Of a stretch of DNA of 64,000 nt, positions 55,995 to 64,000 are shown in pieces; positions within the stretch are counted from its first letter, which is position 1, and every line of letters starts with the position of its first letter. Location of the stretch: assembly GCA_965219705.1 (NCBI GenBank), contig CBDCOK010000001.1:259-64258 (forward strand), given 5' to 3'. Below the pieces are notes generated by a model. That model saw only the letters and a program-made list of their open reading frames with translations. It was not told the origin of the DNA and did not search any database. The position numbers and the translations under genes were made by a program. The DNA is from Chloroflexota bacterium. GTDB taxonomy: Bacteria; Chloroflexota; UBA11872.

Positions 55995-56615
55995 TCACCG
56001 GGCCACTCGACGGTCGCCGCAGACCGCTTCTAGATGTTCCTGCCAAGCAGCATCGTCGAGTCGCCCGCCGACCTGTCCGGCCGCGTCGCCGCAGTGATTG
56101 CACCCGGCGATGATGCTGCCGTCCCATTCACCGGGCTGCTCCCGGCGCCTAAAAATCGCCCCAGCTGAATCGGGTTCCAACTCTGAACCGGCGCTGAACC
56201 AAGCGCAATCGGTCCCGGCCCCGGTCAAGGGACATGGTCCATAGTAATTAGGGGGGCTCTCACCGGGGAAGGGGTCGTCCCTCCTGTAGTCCGCCCGCGC
56301 CTGTAGCGCCGCCTCGACTTCCGACCAGACCCTCACGCGGCCAGCCTTGGCGGCCGCCGCGTTGGCCCGTTGCGCCGCCTCGATTTTCTCCCAGTCCTTG
56401 ACCAGCCCGGCAGCTACAGCAGCATCCGTGGCGAGTGCGGTGAGCTCCACAACGCGTTCGGCCAAGGACCTCAAGTCCTCCCGGCCGTCGTGCAGCTGAC
56501 GGTTGAGGTTGTCGACGCTCTCCCGCAAGCTCTTCAGGTTCGCCGCAACCGACCAGACGCCAGCCGCGGCCACAGCCGACATGACCGCGAGCACGATGAT
56601 CTGAGGGTCCGTCAT
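55995..56615 (-). CDS. Hypothetical membrane-anchored protein (206 aa)
   Basis: MTDPQIIVLAVMSAVAAAGVWSVAANL is an N-terminal TM helix, followed by a coiled coil. It is preceded by a possible 44-aa membrane peptide ORF (56612-56746). Confidence 0.35.
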   Translation of the reverse strand: MTDPQIIVLAVMSAVAAAGVWSVAANLKSLRESVDNLNRQLHDGREDLRSLAERVVELTALATDAAVAAGLVKDWEKIEAAQRANAAAAKAGRVRVWSEVEAALQARADYRRDDPFPGESPPNYYGPCPLTGAGTDCAWFSAGSELEPDSAGAIFRRREQPGEWDGSIIAGCNHCGDAAGQVGGRLDDAAWQEHLEAVCGDRRVAR

Positions 56616-56959
56616 GACAGCAGCAGGCGCACCAGCACGCCGACGGCGGCGATGGTAGTGGCCTGCACGAAGGCGAGCCGCCAAGTGAGGGTGGCGACGG
56701 CTTGAGCGATCTCGCCGCGGACGTCGGCGCGCAGCGTGTCGAGCATCGGGTCGCTGGCGTTCGGCCGTTGCCGGCCGTGCGTCGAGAAAGGCGGCGAGGA
56801 CCGTACGAGCGTCACCCGGGGATCGAGCTCCTGAACCCGGGGCGTTCTCGGGCCGCGGGCGGCATGACGGTATTTGCCTTGGGTGTCACCGTGCACTCAT
56901 GCACTAATTTAGAAGGATACAGGGAAATGGCGAGGTGGCGGCCCTGCGCTGGGCCGACC

Positions 56960-57135
56960 CGATCATCGGCCTCAGCGGCGACCAGATCAACCGGCGCTTC
57001 GCGGCCCGCGCGGCGGGAAGTCGGTCGCATCGAACGATCCCTGTTCATGATCGAGTGGACCACGGACCCCGACGTGCGCCGGCGGCGCGCCCTGGTTGGC
57101 TTGAGCAAGGGCGAGTGGCGGAACGTTTACTCCGA
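56960..57135 (+). pseudogene. Short Tn3-family transposase fragment
   Basis: ...ERSLFMIEWTTDPDVRRRRALVGLSKGEWRNVYSEF is the conserved Tn3 TnpA C-terminal segment, related to the 48272-48954 fragment. Confidence 0.4.
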
Positions 57136-60100
57136 GTTCTCCGTTGACAATTCTGCCTGTCGCAAGACGAGCTGCGTCGCGTCTTCGGCCAGATCCGGAG
57201 GGTAGCCGTACTTTGCCAGCAGCCGGCGAACATTGCGCCGCAGGCTTGCCCGTACCGACTCGCGCTGGGTCCAGTCGAGCTTTGGCATCTTCTTGACCAT
57301 TTCGGTCAGTTCCCGGGCCATGAGACGTAGCGTGTCGCTCTGCATCGCTTCTCGGGCTGACCCGTTCTCCGCTAGGGCGTCGTAGAAGGCGGTTTCCTCG
57401 CCGCTTAGGCCGAGTTCTTCGCCGTGCCGCTGCGCGTCTCGCAAGCTCTTCGCCAAGTCGATCAGCTGCGAGATCATTTCGGCGGTGGTGATCGCCTTGT
57501 TCGTATAGCGCAGCATCGCGTCTTCGAGCGCCTCGCGAAACTTTCGGCTCTGGACAATGTTCGTGCGCTCGGTGATACGAATCTGGTCATTGAGCAGCTT
57601 GCGCAGCGTCTCCAAGGCCAGGTTCTTCTGCTCCAGCCCCGCCACCCGACCGAGGAACTCATCGCTAAGGATGTCGAGGCGGGCTTCCGACAGCCCCGCG
57701 ACGGCGAACAGGTCGATCACTTCGTCGGCATCGATCGCGCCGCCTATCACCTGGCGCACGGCGGCGTCGATGTCGCGTTGCCGAGCGTGACCGGCGCCAC
57801 CGCCGGTATCGTCGGTCAGTCGTTTGCGAATCATCGCCACCACGCGCTGGAAAAAGGCGAGGTGTGGCGTGATGGCCTCGGTCTCCGGGCGCGGAACCGC
57901 CAGCGCGAAGGCCGCCGACAGTTCCTTGACCAGCGTGCGCAGGCGCTTCCAGCCGTCGTTTTGGCCAAAAACGTGATCGATCGCGCGTAGATACACCAAC
58001 AGCACGGCTTGCGGTTTGGCGTCGAGCGCCTGCTCGTAGTCGCAACCGTGGAAGAAGCCACGCAGTTTCTCGAAGGCCGCCTGCATGGCAGGCACAGCCT
58101 CGTCTTGCACCTTCCTGACGGCCTCGCCCGTGCCGCCGGCCTGAGTGTAGGTCGCGAGCGCATCTGCCAACTGGTCGGCCAGGCCCAGCAGGTCCACGAT
58201 CAATCCGCCGGGCTTGTCGCCGTAGACGCGATTCACGCGCGCGATGGCCTGCATCAGGTTGTGCCCGGCCAGCGGCTTATCCAGATACATGGTGTGCGCC
58301 GGCGGGCAATCGAAGCCGGTCAGCCACATGTCACAGACGATCACCAGGCGAAGGTCGTCGTGGGGGGCCTTGAAGCGCTCCGCCAGACGCTTGCGGGCGG
58401 CCTTGGTGCGCACATGGTTTCTGAGCGGCTCGGGATCGTCGTTGGTGCCGGTCACGACCACCTTCATCGCCCCTCGTTCGTCGTCGATGTCGTGCCAGTC
58501 CGGGCGCAGCGTGCGGATCGCCTCGTAGAGCCGCGCGGCGATGTCGCGGCTCATGGTCAGGACCATCGCCTTGCCTTCCATCGCGGCGCGGCGCTTCTCC
58601 CAGTGCTCGACGATGAACGCCGCTAGGCGTTCGATGCGCTCCTGAGCGCCGACCAGGGACTCCAGCGGTACGCGAATACTGTCCTCCGCCCCTTCCCCGC
58701 CGCGGTCGGCGTTGGCGACGGACTCAACCTCTGCCTCGGCGACGCGCGCGCCCTCCTCGTCCACCTTCAGTTTGATGATGCGGGATTCGTAGTAGAGCGG
58801 CCGGGTGGCGCCGTCCTCGACGGCCTGGCGGATGTCGTAGACGTCCGCGTATTCGCCGAAGACGTGGATCGTGTTTCTGTCGTCGCGCTCCAGCGGCGTG
58901 CCGGTGAAGCCGACGAACGTGGCGTTCGGCAGCGCCTCGCGCATCCAGCGCGCGCCGCCCTCGACGAAGCCGTACTGGCTGCGGTGGGCCTCGTCGGCCA
59001 TGACGACCACGTTCGAGCGCTCCGAGACCACGCCGTGTGCCTCGGCGAACTTTTGGATCGTCGTGAACACCACCCCGCCCGCGGCCCGGTCGAGCAGCGC
59101 CTTGAGATCCTCACGGCTCACGGCCTGGACAGGGTCCTGCCGAAGCAGCACGCGCCCGGCGGTGAAGGTGTCGAAGAGCTGATCGTCGAGATCGTTGCGG
59201 TCGGTGATCATGACGACCGTTGGGTTGGTCATGCGTGGCTCGCAGATTAGCCCACCGGCCAGCATCAACATGGTCAGCGACTTGCCCGAGCCCTGGGTGT
59301 GCCAGATCACGCCCCCGCGACCGTCACCCGTGCCGGACGGCGGCTTGAGACGCGTAAGCACGCTGGTGCGCGCCTTGCGCACCGCGCGGAACTGGTGGTA
59401 ACCTGCGATCTTTTTGGCGATCTCGCCACGCTCGTCCTCCTCGAAGGTGACGCAGGTCCGCAGGTAGTCGACCAACGTCCGCGGATCGAACAGGCCTCGG
59501 ATCAGCGCCTCCAGGGTCGGCGCGCCGCCACCCTCACGGTCGTCGATCGGGCACCAGGGCATGAAGCGGCTGCGCCCGCTGGTGATCGAGCCGACGCGGG
59601 TCAGCATGCCGTCAGAGACCACCAGCGCCAGATTCGACACGAACAGGTCGGAGACCGTCTGCATGTAACGGTCGAGTTGGTCGATGGCCACGCCCAGGTC
59701 TGCCTGGGTGTCGGTCGGGGCCTTCAACTCGATCACCGCGACCGGTAGCCCGTTCAGAAACATCGTCAGGTCCGGCCGGATGATCTTGCCCGACGGCCCC
59801 GCGACGCTGAGCTGGCGCACCGCCAGAAGCTCATTCGCGTCCGGGTTATCGAAATCGACGAGCCGGGCGCGGCCGCCGCGGGTCTCTCCACTCTTCGAGT
59901 CGCGATACTCGATCTCGGCACCGCCGGTGAGCATCGCGTGGAACCAGCAGTTATTCTGGATCAGTGTCGGGTGCGGCGGGCGCGACAGGATGCGCACAAC
60001 CTCCTTGATGAGGTCGTGCGGCAGATCGGGGTTGAGGCGATGCAGCGCGGCCGCGAGACGGCCCTTCAACATGACCTGGGACACATCGCTGCGCTCGCCA

Positions 60101-60201
60101 GCGTCGTCGAGCTCAGCGCTGCATGTAACAGCCACGCCGGTCTCTCCGAAGTGCAGAGATGTTAAATCTTCGACGAACTGCTCGCTGACTCTCGCCATCA
60201 T
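57127..60201 (-). CDS. hsdR: Type I restriction enzyme R subunit (HsdR), 1024 aa
   Basis: N-terminal nuclease region, SF2 helicase motifs (GSGKSLTM, DEAHRSQ, TGTPL), C-terminal helical domain. The start overlaps the upstream gene's stop (ATGA). Confidence 0.9.
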   Translation of the reverse strand: MMARVSEQFVEDLTSLHFGETGVAVTCSAELDDAGERSDVSQVMLKGRLAAALHRLNPDLPHDLIKEVVRILSRPPHPTLIQNNCWFHAMLTGGAEIEYRDSKSGETRGGRARLVDFDNPDANELLAVRQLSVAGPSGKIIRPDLTMFLNGLPVAVIELKAPTDTQADLGVAIDQLDRYMQTVSDLFVSNLALVVSDGMLTRVGSITSGRSRFMPWCPIDDREGGGAPTLEALIRGLFDPRTLVDYLRTCVTFEEDERGEIAKKIAGYHQFRAVRKARTSVLTRLKPPSGTGDGRGGVIWHTQGSGKSLTMLMLAGGLICEPRMTNPTVVMITDRNDLDDQLFDTFTAGRVLLRQDPVQAVSREDLKALLDRAAGGVVFTTIQKFAEAHGVVSERSNVVVMADEAHRSQYGFVEGGARWMREALPNATFVGFTGTPLERDDRNTIHVFGEYADVYDIRQAVEDGATRPLYYESRIIKLKVDEEGARVAEAEVESVANADRGGEGAEDSIRVPLESLVGAQERIERLAAFIVEHWEKRRAAMEGKAMVLTMSRDIAARLYEAIRTLRPDWHDIDDERGAMKVVVTGTNDDPEPLRNHVRTKAARKRLAERFKAPHDDLRLVIVCDMWLTGFDCPPAHTMYLDKPLAGHNLMQAIARVNRVYGDKPGGLIVDLLGLADQLADALATYTQAGGTGEAVRKVQDEAVPAMQAAFEKLRGFFHGCDYEQALDAKPQAVLLVYLRAIDHVFGQNDGWKRLRTLVKELSAAFALAVPRPETEAITPHLAFFQRVVAMIRKRLTDDTGGGAGHARQRDIDAAVRQVIGGAIDADEVIDLFAVAGLSEARLDILSDEFLGRVAGLEQKNLALETLRKLLNDQIRITERTNIVQSRKFREALEDAMLRYTNKAITTAEMISQLIDLAKSLRDAQRHGEELGLSGEETAFYDALAENGSAREAMQSDTLRLMARELTEMVKKMPKLDWTQRESVRASLRRNVRRLLAKYGYPPDLAEDATQLVLRQAELSTENSE

Positions 60202-61403
60202 GCGTCCTCACCACCCCGTCCCAGAAGACTTTCGAAGCGCACAAGAAGGGCTTCATGTGGTACCGCTGGCGAAATCTTGGTAGTCGAATCAGCTACGCAC
60301 TCCATGTGCCATCTATTAGCCTTGTTGTATTTGAAATCCCACACGTTAGTCCGATGCCCGGTGTCGTTGTCGGCGGCATATGAGAACGGACTGAGATCCA
60401 AGGTTAGTCTGCCCACACGAGCGAACACCCTGGCCATTCCGTCGACCGCTGTTGCGGACATGACAAGCGCGGCTGCGTCGGCGTCAAGGGCGAGCTCACT
60501 AATGCGGCGACTCTGCGCGTGGCCTTTCAATTGCTCGACCTCTGCTTTGCCTCCAGCCTGGATACTGTGGATGCGTATCAGGTCAACACTCTGTATATCG
60601 CGCAGATCAAACAAGGCTTCGCGGAATACAGGATATGCCTCTTCGATGATTGTTTTCGCTTGCACGTCAGATTTGGTTGATGCATGTGAAAAGTAGTTGC
60701 GCACGACATTCAGCCGTCTAACTTCCCCAAGTACATCTATGGGAAGCAATGAGGCAACTTGCAGGTCGACCCCCAGCTCCTTTGCCCGATGCAGCACACC
60801 TTCAATGAGGCCGATACGCACCGTCAGCCTGTCAGAGAGCAGGTCTCCTCGTTTGCACTTTCGCCACCCCTGATCCCTCCCACCACGAAGAACTAGCGGT
60901 GCCAGGGATGTCGCACTTACCGCAGCTTCGGACAGTGCAAGCGCCGTCAGAAAGCGAATCAGAGATTCCCAAGTGTCCCGCAGACGGTACAAGCGCGTAA
61001 GTGACGAGCGGGATCCCTCTAGGAAGCCATGGAACGGCACCGCAATAGATGCTGGAAACTGCTCACACACAGCCTGCTCTAGGTCCTTGCGAACCATCTC
61101 TGACCAGTCGTCACGACCGCGCCGGGCGGCGGCGGGGGCCATTCTCTCCAACACGTTGGCAGGATGAAACTGCTCTTGCCCGATTTCGACCATTCCATAC
61201 GAGGACTCACACCAAAAGCGATAATCTGCCTCGTCTCTGCTTTTTCGCCGCTCGGTAAGGGACTGATCGGGATCGAGGCGTTCTGCTTCCAGTTGATCGC
61301 GGGAGGACGAGTCTGTCACGAACCGACCCTCACAGTTCCCGATAGAAGTTGCGGAAGGAGGTGATCGCGCACCTGCGCCAACTGCAGGCTTTCCTTGACG
61401 CAA
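60198..61403 (-). CDS. Hypothetical protein with HEPN-like Rx4H motif, embedded between hsdS and hsdR (start uncertain)
   Basis: ...GEVRRLNVVRNYFSHASTKSDVQ contains R-N-Y-F-S-H (Rx4H). The predicted N-terminus overlaps hsdS by ~90 nt, so the true start is probably an internal Met. Confidence 0.4.
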   Translation of the reverse strand: MRQGKPAVGAGARSPPSATSIGNCEGRFVTDSSSRDQLEAERLDPDQSLTERRKSRDEADYRFWCESSYGMVEIGQEQFHPANVLERMAPAAARRGRDDWSEMVRKDLEQAVCEQFPASIAVPFHGFLEGSRSSLTRLYRLRDTWESLIRFLTALALSEAAVSATSLAPLVLRGGRDQGWRKCKRGDLLSDRLTVRIGLIEGVLHRAKELGVDLQVASLLPIDVLGEVRRLNVVRNYFSHASTKSDVQAKTIIEEAYPVFREALFDLRDIQSVDLIRIHSIQAGGKAEVEQLKGHAQSRRISELALDADAAALVMSATAVDGMARVFARVGRLTLDLSPFSYAADNDTGHRTNVWDFKYNKANRWHMECVADSTTKISPAVPHEALLVRFESLLGRGGEDA

Positions 61404-62656
61404 GCCGTGAGCAGATCGAAAAGCGGATCAGACGTTTTCTGATAGGCGGCGATCACGTCGCCTATCGGCACGACCACCGGTAGCGGCCGGAAGTTCTTCT
61501 TGCTGATCTCGGGGAAGGTTGTTCCGCTCGCGTGAGCCTTGATCGCGTCCATCGAGGTCAGCGCCCAGCTGAGAACGTAGGTGGGCGGCAGCGGGCCGTC
61601 ACACACCATCGCGATGAACCCCTGGTTGATCGCAGTTGGCACTCTAGCGATTGCCAGGTAGCCGACTGGAGCGCGCGATGACATCAAGACTGTGCCAACG
61701 GGCAGCATGCCGGAGCTGATCGAGTTGACACCCGCCGCCGTGATGCGGCGGTCCGTGTCCAGTAACACCGGGTGGGAGAGTCTCGACATGTCCTTCGGGG
61801 TCGCCCAACAGTGCTCGCCGCCGTCCCAGTATTCAGGATTCTTCGTGCTCGGGGTGCCGCCACCCTTCGTCGTGACGACATCGCCAATGCCCTTCACCTC
61901 CCACCCTTCCGGCACTGGGCCGGTGTCGGAATCGACGAAGCGGGTGGGCAGGGCGTCGAAGACGGGCTGGGGCATGGAGGGGAAGGAGGTCGCTCCGGCG
62001 GCCTTCGCTTTCACCGGTTCGAAGTCAACGAACCACGCACGAAAGATCGCCCCCGCCAGCCGCTCCAGCGCCCGCGCTGCCCGCCGGTTCTGCTCGATCT
62101 TGTCATCCAGTGCCCCTAGAACACCGGCGATGGCGTGTTGTTCGGTAGTTGGGGGTAGTAGAAACGGAAGCGCACCCAAGATCGAACTATTCAGATTGGG
62201 CATCGTTGCGCCAACGGCATGACGCACAACCCATTCACGCGAAGCTGGATGGCTCAGAAAGTACGATGCGTAGGCCGGGTCAACGATTCCATTACCAAGG
62301 CGGACTCGGAGACAACCCGTTCCGCAGAGCCAGCCGCTCTCCCTTTCGGAAATCAGCGCCCTGCGTTCTACGTCACCACGCCGGCTGTAGACGATGTCAC
62401 CTGGCTTCACGAGATACCGAGAGAGTCTCTGGGCATCGCTCGGAGTGATACGAGCAATCCCTTCCACATCCACCCGGTCATGAGAGATGTCTTGCGGCAT
62501 GATCGAGGGCACGCCAACGGCTACGTAGTCGGAGGCGTGAAGCTGGCTCCCGAACGGGCCCGTCTGGATGTCACCACCGCCACGGCGGCACACCTCCCCC
62601 AGGGGTTCCCATTTCCAATCCTCGCGAGCGACTTGGAAGAGCGCGTCAGCCGCCAT
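61316..62656 (-). CDS. hsdS: Type I restriction-modification specificity subunit (HsdS)
   Basis: Two target-recognition domains separated by a conserved helical repeat (...[43 protein letters not shown]...). The C-terminal ...[12 protein letters not shown] is typical. The start overlaps the hsdM stop. Confidence 0.8.
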   Translation of the reverse strand: MAADALFQVAREDWKWEPLGEVCRRGGGDIQTGPFGSQLHASDYVAVGVPSIMPQDISHDRVDVEGIARITPSDAQRLSRYLVKPGDIVYSRRGDVERRALISERESGWLCGTGCLRVRLGNGIVDPAYASYFLSHPASREWVVRHAVGATMPNLNSSILGALPFLLPPTTEQHAIAGVLGALDDKIEQNRRAARALERLAGAIFRAWFVDFEPVKAKAAGATSFPSMPQPVFDALPTRFVDSDTGPVPEGWEVKGIGDVVTTKGGGTPSTKNPEYWDGGEHCWATPKDMSRLSHPVLLDTDRRITAAGVNSISSGMLPVGTVLMSSRAPVGYLAIARVPTAINQGFIAMVCDGPLPPTYVLSWALTSMDAIKAHASGTTFPEISKKNFRPLPVVVPIGDVIAAYQKTSDPLFDLLTACVKESLQLAQVRDHLLPQLLSGTVRVGS

Positions 62657-64000
62657 TGCACAAGCCTCCCAGCCGCGCCCGCACCACCCTCACCAACCGC
62701 TCCCCCTCCGCAAAGCACTCTTCTAGCTCGGCCAGCAGCTGCGGGTACTTCTCCGCGAACGGCTCGCCGTCGTCATGCTGCTCTTCGGCACCGACGAAAC
62801 GGCCGGGAGTGAGCACGAAGTCGTGTTTGGCGATCCCCGCGATCGTCTCAGCCTTGCAGAAGCCGGGGATGTCCCGGTAGACCCACACGCCGTGCTGCGC
62901 CTCCTCCCACCAGTCGGGCGCGGGCTCGCTGCGCCACTGGCGGAACGCGTAGACGATACGGCCGAGGTCGGAATCGACGTTCGGGTCGCCCATGCCATCG
63001 GCCAGCATGCTTTCGCCGTCGTCGCCGCCGGTAAGCACGCGCAGGGTGCGGGTCTGCATCGTGCCGAGCTTACGGGCGTCGATGAAGAGCGTCTCGCCCT
63101 TGCGGTCGCGCCCACCGTGCTTGAGGTTCTTGCCAATCTTGTTGCGAGCGAGGAACCAGAGGCAGGCAGGGATGCCCGTGGTGAGGAAGAGTTGGGCCGG
63201 TAGCGCGACGATGCAATCAACCAGGTCGGCCTCGACGATGCGCTGGCGGATCTCACCCTCACCGACGGAGCCGGTGGACAACGAGCCGTTGGCCATGACG
63301 AAGCCAGCAACCCCGCCGCCGCGGCCGTTAGGCGACGAGAGGTGGTGGATGAAGTGCTGGATCCAGGCGTAGTTGGCGTTGCCGACCGGCGGCGTACCAT
63401 AGCGCCAGCGCACGTCGTCGGCCAGCAGTTTGCCCGACCAGTCCGAGATGTTGAACGGCGGATTGGCGAGGATGTAGTCGGCCTTGAGGTCGGGGTGCAG
63501 GTTGCACAGGAAGCTGTCGGCGGGCTGAGAGCCAAGGTTGGCCTCGATGCCGCGGATGGCCAAGTTCATGTGCGCCAGCCGCCAGGTGGTGGGATTGGAC
63601 TCCTGGCCGAAAATCGAGATGTCGGTCTTCTGCCCGCCGTGGGCTTCCACGAAGCGCTCGGATTGCACGAACATGCCGGCCGAGCCGCAGCAAGGGTCGT
63701 AGACGCGGCCCTCGTAGGGTTCGAGCATTTCGACTAGCAGCCGCACGATGCAGCGCGGCGTAAAGAACTCGCCACCGAGCTTGCCCTCGGCCTGGGCGAA
63801 CTTGCCGAGGAAATACTCGTAGACGCGGCCGAGCGTGTCGCGAGCTTTGGCGCGATCGCCCCTGAAGCCGATGTCGGCGATCAGGTCGATCAGCCCCTTC
63901 ATCTTCTCCGGCGCGATGCTGCGACGGGCGTAGTCGCGCGGCAGCTTGCCCTTGAGGTTCGGGTTGTCGCGCTCGACAGCGAGGATGGCATCATCGATCA
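62646..64000 (-). CDS. hsdM: Type I restriction-modification N6-adenine methyltransferase (HsdM), 5' end beyond window
   Basis: [24 protein letters not shown] (SAM-binding motif I), ILANPPFN (motif IV). The reading frame stays open to the window edge (...[32 protein letters not shown] upstream of the first Met). Confidence 0.9.
   Translation of the reverse strand, partial: IDDAILAVERDNPNLKGKLPRDYARRSIAPEKMKGLIDLIADIGFRGDRAKARDTLGRVYEYFLGKFAQAEGKLGGEFFTPRCIVRLLVEMLEPYEGRVYDPCCGSAGMFVQSERFVEAHGGQKTDISIFGQESNPTTWRLAHMNLAIRGIEANLGSQPADSFLCNLHPDLKADYILANPPFNISDWSGKLLADDVRWRYGTPPVGNANYAWIQHFIHHLSSPNGRGGGVAGFVMANGSLSTGSVGEGEIRQRIVEADLVDCIVALPAQLFLTTGIPACLWFLARNKIGKNLKHGGRDRKGETLFIDARKLGTMQTRTLRVLTGGDDGESMLADGMGDPNVDSDLGRIVYAFRQWRSEPAPDWWEEAQHGVWVYRDIPGFCKAETIAGIAKHDFVLTPGRFVGAEEQHDDGEPFAEKYPQLLAELEECFAEGERLVRVVRARLGGLCNGG

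Noticed and set aside
1-64000. rRNA and tRNA genes
   Set aside because: None recognisable. No tRNA-like cloverleaf candidates next to the integrase copies and no rRNA-like conserved stretches.

Overview
High-GC (~68%) bacterial accessory region made almost entirely of mobile and defence DNA; no rRNA, tRNA or CRISPR array was seen. The headline system is a diversity-generating retroelement (DGR) on the minus strand, roughly 15.2-19.4 kb, with five elements: a target gene with C-terminal variable repeat (VR-A), an Avd-like accessory gene, an RT with the DGR-type IGNLTSQ motif, a ~650-nt ORF-less group II intron splitting that RT, and an Asn-codon-rich template repeat (TR) just downstream of the RT. 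Four further paralogues of the target gene (signal peptide, DUF4189-like Cys domain, peptidoglycan-binding domain, FGE-sulfatase/C-type-lectin fold), two of them degenerate, carry hypervariable C-terminal VRs (B at 29.9 kb, D at 44.9 kb, C at 49.6 kb with a truncated avd remnant, 5' fragment E at 55.6 kb). These paralogues are embedded among IS and Tn3 debris: three ISL3 copies with intact 8-bp target-site duplications plus three ISL3-derived remnants; IS1634- and IS5/IS1182-family elements; ISAzo13- and IS4-family fragments; an intact 3.7-kb Tn3-family transposon (tnpA/tnpR) and at least three truncated Tn3-family relatives; and four tyrosine-recombinase modules, only one intact. Other content: a BrnT/BrnA toxin-antitoxin pair; a plasmid-like block (parA, parG-like, rep-like protein with iterons, MobA/MobL relaxase, PriCT primase-like gene); a three-gene secreted/membrane operon next to an ankyrin/peptidoglycan-binding protein; and a Type I restriction-modification locus (hsdM partial at the window edge, hsdS, hsdR) with an embedded HEPN-like gene. 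Family assignments come from motif recognition in the ORF translations, not database searches. Coordinates for IS ends and the intron are exact to about ±2 nt.
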